Assembly (NCBI GenBank): GCA_965644265.1
Contig: OZ286476.1
Span: forward strand, 57,722,001-57,786,000
From: Glycera tridactyla
Taxonomy: Eukaryota
Direction: 5' to 3'
DNA: 64,000 nucleotides
This document shows, piece by piece, positions 54,648 to 64,000 of this stretch (the first letter of the stretch is position 1; every line of letters begins with the position of its first letter). The translations under genes and the position numbers were made by a program. Below the pieces are notes generated by a model. The model was not told the origin of the DNA. It saw only the letters and a program-made list of their open reading frames with translations, and made no database searches.

Positions 54648-56189
54648 GATGAACCCAATCCACGTATCATATCGTTTACGAGTCCCCCATGTCTATGCAA
54701 ATGTGGCTTCCTGATATCCTTGGTAGGACTACCCTTTCTGTGAATTCTTGCTTCTATACCACAGACATGTAAACTAAGTAGTTCTGAGCTTACCTCGGTT
54801 GGCTGAAGGTAGGTCTCTCAGCTGGGGATATTGCAGGTGACGGTTTTATGCACACAATGAAGACTATCGATTAACCCCATCCCATACAGCAGGGCATTCC
54901 CCGCTGTGAGCCCTGGTAATCCAGGAGAAATGCCTAACCGTCATAATCTCTCTGGATTTAAACATCACGTGACTCCTCTTAATCAGTTGCATGAGTTGAA
55001 AAAATCACCTATTGAACACTTACCTAGCTGAGATGGTGGCAAGCAATATCCATGTCTGCTCCAAAGGTGTCTGCCTCTTCTTTATTAAGGAAGTTGAGTC
55101 TGAAGAAAGTGTCACCCTCAACGTACCATTGTCAAGCTGACATGGTTTGAATCCTCCCTGATCGTGGCAAAGCGGATTGGGAAACCCCTTCTTGGTAGGT
55201 ATATATATCGCAACTTCTGGTAGGGAAGATGGGGCACCAAGTGGTTGATCACCCCCTGTTACTAGCCTTCGTCCAGCTCCCACATAAGAACCAGGATTCC
55301 TGGCTGGTCAGATGACCCACCCAAGATAGGACAGATGAATGTCTGTCAGATCCAGGTCCTCTCTTTCCACAAACTATCCTCACCACGTAGCCTCCGTCTA
55401 TTTCAGCATTCTCCACCTTGAGCTAACGAACCATTCTTTTTGTCTCTCAGATAAACAGACTGATGTATATCAGAATAGGGAAATACACAAGTGAGATTCT
55501 GACTGGCACATCAACAAGAATATTTGATAGAAGGGTACTATTGTATATTACTACCATGATATTGTTATAGTTATCACTCTTTATGATGGGTGTGTCTCCA
55601 TGTGAAACATGTCAAGTCTGACTTTTGTAAGTCCTTAATCATGTAAAATGGAAATGTGTGTTGTGAATATATTCTGCAATAAAAATGTTATGAAGCCTCA
55701 TCATTATTATGAATGTATCAAGTCTCTAGATTCCTTCCTGAATATACTGATGATTATGAACGATTGAATGACTGTGCTCATATTGTTTCCAAGTTAATAT
55801 AGCTGTGAATTCCTCTTTGGAAGGACAATACATGGGGAGGTAGAGCCCGTGTGAGAGAGGCAGGCTCTGTGGTGGTGTCTTTGGTGATGTCTCAGCCGGT
55901 CTCCATGTCAGTATCAAATGCAAAACTCATGTTCTACCTGGGGCATGATAAGCTTCAATGAGCCGCGCTGATAGTGGCTTCCTGGGTAGACCTAAATGAT
56001 CCAAACAGCAATGAATGTCAGAGATAAATGTGATTTACAAGCACTGGATGGGGAGTGATCCAGGGCTGTCACGGCAGTGATTGAAACATCATCAACACCA
56101 AATAGCTGCATGACACCAACTCTCAGAGGCAGGGAAGGCATCAGCATTATGAAGGCGCTTTTAAGGCACTTAAGGCGGCCACGTTTGAT

Positions 56190-56190
56190 C

Positions 56191-56238
<48 letters not shown>
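56190..56238. repeat. (GAT)n microsatellite
   Basis: Directly visible; absent from the paralogous position in copy 1. Confidence 0.93.
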
Positions 56239-56248
<10 letters not shown>

Positions 56249-56527
56249 CACACCACTACTGGGTTACTGGGGCTGTGACTTGGTTTATTAGGTTATTTGG
56301 TGGCATTGTACAGTGAGTATGAGTCACCTATGATTGTAAAGTTTACAGTTCTCGATTTGGCACATTGGTTGAGTATTCTTCATAACCAATGCTTTTCCTT
56401 GTCCCAAGTACTTCACTATGCTCAAAAAGATATTGCTCTCTGTCTTGAGTGATAGCCTCTCAGCTAGTCACAGTCAGATATGTCACCAATAGGTTTGATG
56501 TGTCTATGATGAGTGAGTAGAGGTGTG

Positions 56528-56695
56528 TCTGAACTGCTAGCTTCTTCCACTTGACCACCCTTCAGGCTCCCTATCATCTTGTATTCAGGATGTGTGTGAG
56601 TGAACCCTGCATGGGACAGAACATCTAGCCTTCCTTGACCAGGGGCACATGGCATACATAATACTCTGGGGTGATACATACCGTTAAGCCACGAA
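56528..56695 (-). pseudogene. Best-preserved copy of an 11-copy ~60-codon decayed coding module of unknown identity
   Basis: Reads WLNGMYHPRVLCMPCAPGQGRLDVLSHAGFTHTHPEYKMIGSLKGGQVEEASSSDTP. Ten homologues lie elsewhere in the window, and the Leu in KLDVL varies synonymously (cta/ctg/ctt/tta) among copies. Confidence 0.45.
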
Positions 56696-57658
56696 CAATA
56701 GAACAAAACCGTTCATTTCCTACCATTTTCCAACAACTCTGATTTTCTTGTAATATATCGGCCACTCTGGCAACAAATGCTACAATAGCGGTGTTTGCTC
56801 TGAGTGAGTGAGACATTTGTCTCGGAACTATTCAAAATATGAGACAATTTACACAAATATGAAACAAATGTTATAAGTGTTTGCTCTGGAGTGGGACTGA
56901 AGTGGGACATTTGTCTCACCACTTCTCAAAATATGAGACATTACACTCAAATGTGAGACAAATGTCTCACAATCTCCTCTAATATCGAACACTGCAACAG
57001 CCATCGTATCTCCGGTGTATTGATATGTGGAGGGTCAATCTGTGGATGACATCGTTCAACAAAGTTGGTCTCTATGGGGATAACAGCCAATCTGTATTAG
57101 TGACAAATGCTCTTAGCCCTCCATTCAACCACTGCTTGACTCCACATATAATGCTGCCATGGCCTGCCATACATTCTGATAGGTCGTCACCCACCGATCA
57201 ATACATGACGCCTTGAAGAATAGGATAAAGTAGGTATGTCTTTGATGCCTGCCATACTCCATGCCATAACTTCATCCATCGCACACTCAACACTTCCTGT
57301 CAGGAATGTATTGGAACCATTTGCTCTCCAGACAGCTATGACAGCCCACTCCATCTATATTCAAATCATTTCTGGCGAATCATTCAAAAATCATCAACAT
57401 TGATAGCAGTGTGCCTGGGTGGGCAGACAGACAAATATACTTCTTTGGGTTGAAGTGAAAACAGTAAGCTGGTGGGGCTTGCAAAGACAAACAGGCAGAC
57501 AGGCAGTATTGGCAGACAGGCAGACACACTCACACACTCGCTCATACGCGCGCGCGAAATGAGAAGGGTGGACATACAGGCAGATATTCAGACTGACAAA
57601 CAGAAGAAAAGACAGACAGAAAGATGAGATCATAATAGGGACGACCATTATACTGAAG

Positions 57659-57915
57659 TACATTCAAACCTGTCCACGAAGACCACCATTAGTCGAGATG
57701 AGTTATTTGTAGTCATGTGGTTTTTGTAGAGAAGTCTTTTACTGTAGAACATACTATCGTGGTCAACACTCAGGATGGCCTCTGTCGGTCGGCTCGACCT
57801 TTGTATAGCAGTGTTCTCGTTGGCACGTTCATAGTCACCAATCAGGATGGCCTGTCTAGGCAAGTGGGCGGGGTGGTCTTTATATGAAAATTGTTTTTCA
57901 GGCAAATTTATCTGT
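57659..57915. mobile_element. MITE-like element (same family), orthologous to 41488-41750
   Basis: TACATTCAAACCTGTCCACGAAGACCACC start; aligns with the 41.5 kb copy. Confidence 0.5.
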
Positions 57916-58807
57916 GAGACTGGTTTAGTGCCCATGATGCCCCTGGGCAGATATAACATATGGATCGTCGGCCCTCTCATTAGTACTTACTTCTCCCGTC
58001 ATATTAGGAAGCTCTGTCGCTTCATTCCTCTTCAAATTCGAGCATTTGGTATATACACTGACATTTGTGCAATTCGGTGACATCAAAACATAACGGTGTC
58101 TCGTCAATGAAGAAGAGACGTCATGACGCTAATGTATCGGCTTGTACCGTCATATGAGTGAAGGTTTCATGTCTGATAACGGAATTGGGTGGCCATTTTT
58201 CATGTTGGTCAATGGGTCAATACAGATCAGTTGAAAACATCCATTTATCTCATTCTTTCAGGGTATGAGGTTGACTATATGTGTGAAGCACTCTACGATC
58301 ACAACTAGTAAAGTAGCCACATACTCATTCATACTTGAGTGATGCAAAGTCGCAAAGTTTAGATGATTTGTCCAGTCTCCCTCATACAAAGTCTCCGTGT
58401 GAGGAACCCCTATTACCGAACTCTATGTAATGGAGCAGATCTTGTATTCAATGGTGGAGCTTGCCAGCCCGTTATTACCATGTAATCCATCTATAACCCG
58501 CGGTAGATAAGCCCCGGATGATATTAGTCATTAGCTAGCTTGTATCTGACCGGGATATTACATCAGCACAGCATGGTGATTGCCTTCACTCATGGGGACA
58601 TGCGGTTCAACAGGTCACCAGTGGCCGGAGTATTGTCCCATGATGCAAGGGTGCATCTCACTGTAGTGTACATATATTCAAGACTGATGACTATCATGTT
58701 CATATCCATATTAACGGGGTAAAGGTGTGTTTGACTTGTCAGCTACTTCCACTCGACAATCTTTCGGTGTCCCTATCATCTTATGCTAAGGGATTGTGGA
58801 AGTGTTC

Positions 58808-58937
58808 AGTTGACAGAACATCTAGAATACAACAAACATCAGTTGACAGAACATCTAGAATACAACAAACATCAGTTGACAGAACATCTAGAATATAACA
58901 AACATAAGTTGACAGAACATCTAGAATATAACAAACA
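58808..58937. repeat. 33-bp minisatellite (~4 units), paralogue of 46353-46618
   Basis: Same unit with CATCAGT/CATAAGT variants. Confidence 0.92.
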
Positions 58938-59502
58938 CTATTCTTTGGGTTGATACACGCCGTCAAATACTATTAGAACAAATTCATTTGAAGAGGTATG
59001 GGCACATTTAATTGTCATGGCATTGGTGATCTATTAATTTCAAGGGTATAATATGATAGTTATAATTCAAAATTTGGGCTCCAAATATTTATTTTGTGGT
59101 TACACTGTAAATTGACCAATAATGTCATACTATAATAGAACGAAATGTTATGATATACCACATATAGCATTTGATGTCTTCTTAATTTTAATCACGATGT
59201 ATGGGTGATAAATCTAAGTTGCTCTTGAAGCTTCATTTAGATAAATGAGAAGCGCATCTGATTTATTGAAATTCTGAAATTTTGAAATTTTAATTTCTTT
59301 ATTTGCTAATCAATATCGCGGAACTGGGGCTCTCCACAAATAGTATGGAATCAGGAAGAAATCATAATTTCCAATAATGGGTGAAATTGTAAAGAGAAAG
59401 AGAAAAAAGCTTGGATATCATAGATTGAGTTTTTTCTATTATATTAATTTTGTTCTCATGTGGGAATTGGTAGGAATGCAATGACAGTAACAAGCCCATT
59501 AT

Positions 59503-60195
59503 ATATACATACATACATACATATACATACATCCTCTTCAAGCGAGTAGGCTTTTAGCCTGTCAGCTGCTCATCTATTGACATTAGTACCGGTTCATTCG
59601 TGGTCCAGTCGGTGACTTATTTTTTGGATGTGGAGTGACCGTTATAGGGTGCTGGAGTTTTGGTTCGTATTTCAGTGGCATCCACAGCTTGTCGAGTCTT
59701 GCTTTCAGGGTGTTCATGGTTTCAGAGTTCACCACTTCATCCGGTAGGTTGTTCCATGTCTGGGCAACTCGGATCGGGAAAAAGTTGTGGCGGGACTCCA
59801 AACGGGTAAATCGCACTTTCAGTTTTTTGCTGTGTCCTCTGGTTCTGCCATCGGTGTGGAGTGGTAAGATATGGCATGCGAGCTGGTATTTACTTGACAA
59901 GAATTTCCAGACTTCAATAATGTCCCCTCTGATCCTTCGGTATGCCATGGTTGGTAGTTCCAGACTCTCCAGCCGTGTTTCATACTCTAGTTCGCGTAGC
60001 TCTGGCACCAGTTTTGTTGCTCTTCTTTGGACGCGCTCGATTTTATCCTGGTCTTGCTTCAGTCGGGGAACCCAGACAGTGGCACAGTATTCCAGATGTG
60101 GCCTGACAAGGCCCACATATAGCTTCTTCATGACATGGCTGTCTATAAAGGAGTAGGTTCGCCTTATTGGCCCTAGCATCCTGTTCGCTATGACA
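59503..60195 (-). mobile_element. 5'-truncated CR1-clade LINE (RT C-terminus, 3' UTR and (ATGT)n tail)
   Basis: Minus ORF contains ANRMLG, LVRPHLEYC, IERVQRRATK, YRRIRGD, RTRGHSKKL, WNNLP, LKARLD. It is followed by an AGGCT-AAA-AGCCT stem-loop and an (ATGT)n tail near 59503-59532, typical of CR1 3' ends. Confidence 0.92.
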
Positions 60196-60204
60196 AATTG
60201 ATTT

Positions 60205-60660
60205 GTTTTTCTGATGATCAAGCTGTGGTTGAATGAAGACAGGTGTATCTTGTGTTTTGTGAATTGTGATAGAATAATATGACTATGGATATTGATCATA
60301 TTCCCATCACTGAATTTTTCATTTAATTTCACTTATTTTCACTTATTTTATTTAGTTTTAGTTATTCCACTGACTGGAGCCATGGAAAAGACGTATGTGT
60401 GAGATAACATTTATGTAATGTTTATATGATAAATTGATTTCTTTTACTGATAATCGAGCTGTGGTAGAATGAAGACAGGTGTATCTTGTGTTTTGTGAAT
60501 TGTGATAGAATAATATGACTATGGATATTGATCATATTCCCATCACTGAATTTTCATTTATTTTCACTTATTTTCACTTACTTCATTTAGTATTAGTTAT
60601 TCCACTGACTGGAGTCATGAATTTGATGTATGTGTGAGATAAAATTTATGTAATGTTGTC
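60205..60660. repeat. ~240-bp AT-rich tandem duplication between the two LINEs
   Basis: AGCTGTGG(T/A)(T/G)GAATGAAGACAGGTGTATCTTGTG...ATTTATGTAATG occurs twice. Confidence 0.88.
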
Positions 60661-61152
60661 TAGGGTCTCTATCTATAATAAGGCCCTAAGTATCTGTGTT
60701 TGGGATAGGACTGATTTAGATATTAATGTTATTTGTGTATTCGTAGTTGTATCAGGAGAGCATAATTTTGGGTAGATCATAATGATGACCTCCAAAAAGA
60801 TCACTTTTCCTTGTCTTGATCAGATTTGATCTTGTCTTATGTTTGACTTGAAAATTATTTTCTTTATATGACTAGTATGTTTGATTTTCAGCAATATTTT
60901 ACAGCTGATTGAGTTAAGTTAATTTTAACAAGATGCTGTTTTTCTTCATAATCCCTAAGTTAAATTATAATGATCATTATTATGAGAACAGATTATATTT
61001 CGAGGCTTGGGAATTGCCGTCGAGAGGCCATTTGTGAGATAAAAATTTATTTTCTTAAAACTTTATTCGCCACTTGTGAAGAAATTTGAGCTAAGAAACT
61101 TAGCATAAAATATATTCATCTCATTCATTCATTCATTCATTATCATATCACA

Positions 61153-64000
61153 ATGGCATCAGTTCAACAGAAATGTACTAATGATTCGTATAGAGGAACC
61201 ATCAAAATAAACTCAGCTGAAGAAATAAAAGGGTTGAAAGGGGTAAAAATTGCTCATTTGAATATCCGAAGTATTTTAAATAAAATTGATGATCTCCAGA
61301 TTCTGTTATTGCAATCCAAAATTGATATCCTAACATTATCAGAAACTTTCTTGACACAATATAATGATTCATCAGAAATATCAATTCCTGAATATTATAC
61401 AATACGATCAGATCGTCTAGGAGAAACTAGCAAGACAAGTGATGGGGGAATTATTGCATATATACGCAATGACAGAGTGGTGGAGTTAATGGAGAATACT
61501 GTGATATGCACATATGATTTAGAAGCCTTTTGGATGAAACTAGTCCTCCCTGACACAAGATCAATCTATATTAGTGTCATATACAGACCCCCTTATGGAA
61601 ACCCTGGTGTTTTTCTGGATTGGTTTGAAACTAGTTCTCTAAATATTGGATCTGATCAACTCTGTGATCAAATTATGATTGGAGATATGAATATTGATTT
61701 CTCAAATAAAGAATTGAGTGAAAATTATAAGAAAGTACTTAAAACCAATAACTTAACCCAATTGATAGATCAAAACACCAGGGTCACCAGTTATTGCAAC
61801 ACTTTATTGGATCACATTGTTGTGAATAATATGGAAATGTACCATCAACATGCAATATTTGATACTGGTTTATCTGACCATAGTCTGATACTTGTGGCAC
61901 GTAAAAAACCTTTTGTGTCCAAAAAGCCTGAATTTGTTTATTTTAGGAATTATAAAAGCATCAATTTTGACAGTTTGAACGAAGATATTGCTTCACGGAA
62001 TTGGTCTGAATTTTATTCTTGTACAGACACAGATGAATGTGCTCATATCTTACATACAACCTTAAATGAGATTCTAGAGAAGCATGTTCCAGTAAAAAGG
62101 CATAAAGTAACTCAGGATTGGCCAAAATGGATAAATGGGGAATTTTCAGATTTGATACGTGATAGGGAGAAAGCCAGTAGAGATTATCGATTATTAAGAT
62201 CTGAAGAAAATAGAATAAAAAAGTCAGAATTAGTAAGAGAATGTAAAAGAATGAAAGAAGAACTTCAGCGAAATTTTATAGATAATGTATTTGTACAAAA
62301 TAAAAATAATTCTCGAAAGTTATGGGAAGCAATAAATACTTTCTGGGGAAAATCAAAAGGGAAAACTGAAATAATAAAAATAGGTGATGCAACAGAAGAT
62401 ATTGAAATAGCAGAGTCTTTGAATAGATATTTCAGCAATATTGGAGTAGAATTGAGCAAAACAATATCATCTGATGGCTATGATCCCTTATTTGAATTTC
62501 CATATGATATTAAAAATAAATCATCATTATCTAAAATCCGATTGGATGCAGTTAAAAGTCAAATTGAAAAATTAGCAACAAATAAGTCAGGCAGAGATGA
62601 TGGGCTACCCGCTAATATTATAAAGAAATGTTCTGGTACAATCTCACCATTGTTAACCTACTTATTTAATATTAGTATCACCTCAGGGATTTTTCCAAAA
62701 TTTTGGAAAATAGCATCAATCGTTCCATTATTTAAAGAAGGATCTAGATCATCTGAAAGTAACTATAGACCGATAAGTCTTCTCAGTACTGTAAGTAAAC
62801 GCCTTGAGAAAGTAATACATGCACAAGTATCAGATTATTTTGAAGCCCATGGTCTACTGTGTCGAGAACAGTCTGGTTTCAGGGGAGGGTGCTCGACTGG
62901 CACATGTTTAATAGAATTTTTAGACAAGTTGTATCTTAATATGGCAAGAAATTCTGCCAGTGGAGTACTCTTCCTTGATCTCAAGAAGGCCTTTGACACG
63001 GTGGACCATGGGATTCTCCTGCGAAAATTAACACGATATGGGTCGGACAGGCTGTGTACTTCGTGGTTTTCCAGTTACCTCATGGATAGACATTGTAATG
63101 TCAAGGTGAATGGAATTTGTTCAGAAAATCATAGTATTCATTGTGGTGTACCGCAGGGATCCATACTGGGCCCCCTATTATTTACTATTTATGTTAATGA
63201 TATTGCGTCATTTATGAATGGGCCCAGTATGAATCTCTATGCGGATGATACAGCCATTTTGGTTTCTGATAAAGATCCACTGTCTTCAAAGATGTAACTG
63301 GAAGATGCATTGACTAGGGCACAACTCTGGATGGGCAGAAATAAGCTAAGTCTAAATTTGAAAAAAACGAAAATGATGATTTTTGGAACTCGATTCCAGG
63401 TATTGAAGAATAAATTTGATATAAAGTTTAATAATCAGATAGTAGAAAGGGTATCTGAATTCAAGTACCTGGGAGTTATTTTAGACAGTTTATTAAAATT
63501 TTCAGCCCATGCTGAGTATATGAGATGCAAAACTATTGGGAGGGTTGGGGTTCTTGGCAGACTGAGAGCTGTGTTAAGTCAAAACACATCTCTCATGCTG
63601 TACAAGGCCCTAATCCTCCCAATATTTGATTATTGTGATATTGTTCATGACAATCTAGGTGTGGCTGATGCAAATAAGTTGCAATTGGTGCAAAATCGAG
63701 CTTTTAGACTGATAACAAGAAGTGAACCAATGACAAGGACAATAGATATTCACCAGCAATTAAACATGCCATACCTGGGTTGTCGCAGACAAGAACATAC
63801 ACTTATTCATGTGAATAAGATCTTGGTAGGTGATATACATAGACAATATGTCCCTCTTTGTACATATTCCGACCCTTCTCATGAATATGTAACACGATCT
63901 AGAGATCAACCATATCTGACTCAAAAGGTACCTTATCTTAAGCAGATTGAAGGGTCATTTAGATATCGTGGCCCGAGAGTGTGGAACAATTATGTTAAAA
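61153..64000 (+). mobile_element. Non-LTR retrotransposon (CR1/L2 group) ORF2: APE endonuclease plus reverse transcriptase, one premature stop, runs off the window end
   Basis: APE motifs: HLNIRS, LSETFL, YRPP, GDMNID, LDHI, SDHSLI. RT motifs: PISLLS, QSGFR, FLDLKKAFDTVDH, GVPQGSILGPLLF, LYADDT. After TAA at 63295-63297 I translated the same frame open to 64000 (LSLNLKKTKMM, FKYLGVILD, SLMLYKALILPIFDYCD, LQLVQNRA, FRYRGPRVWN). Confidence 0.95.

Larger units (their letters stand above)
48690..59035 (+). repeat. Segmental duplication copy 2
   Basis: Same colinear blocks as copy 1, mostly without the large tandem arrays. Confidence 0.88.

Noticed and set aside
36200-56695. Conserved in-frame TGA in the module as selenocysteine
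   Set aside because: Other copies have CGA or GGA at that position, so recurrent CpG decay explains it. The copies carry other stops and frameshifts, and I saw no SECIS.
36200-58975. Plus-strand reading of the module (HHLVFRVCESDVCRG...)
   Set aside because: It needs stops at two conserved positions in most copies, and those positions are synonymous Leu codons on the minus strand. Disfavoured but not formally excluded.
1-64000. Hammerhead ribozymes / retrozymes, prompted by the Penelope fragment
   Set aside because: The CTGANGA cores I inspected by eye (e.g. 5608, 15381, 18558, 20184, 21088) lacked a properly placed stem II and GAAA. An Infernal search would be needed to exclude them fully.

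Overview
This is AT-leaning, repeat-rich eukaryotic DNA, most likely from an invertebrate animal. That call is inferred from CR1/L2-clade LINEs, tRNA-derived SINEs, a Penelope-like RT relic, dense microsatellites and seven N-gaps. I can support no intact host gene, structural RNA gene or CRISPR array, and most ORF-track entries are microsatellite or minisatellite read-throughs. The clear features are a young CR1/L2-type LINE with one nonsense codon (61153 to window end), two truncated LINE 3' ends, three SINE copies, a CAGTC/GAACC-ended MITE family and several minisatellites. The main structure is a large diverged tandem segmental duplication (~34.5-46.7 kb vs ~48.7-59.0 kb). Its left copy carries four tandem arrays (28, ~90, 126 and 33 bp units) whose seed sequences survive in low copy in the right copy. 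Eleven decayed copies of a ~60-codon minus-strand module, plus scattered death-domain-, NACHT- and LRR-like traces, suggest a decayed innate-immune (NLR-like) gene cluster. That functional reading is inference from eyeballed motifs and needs profile searches.
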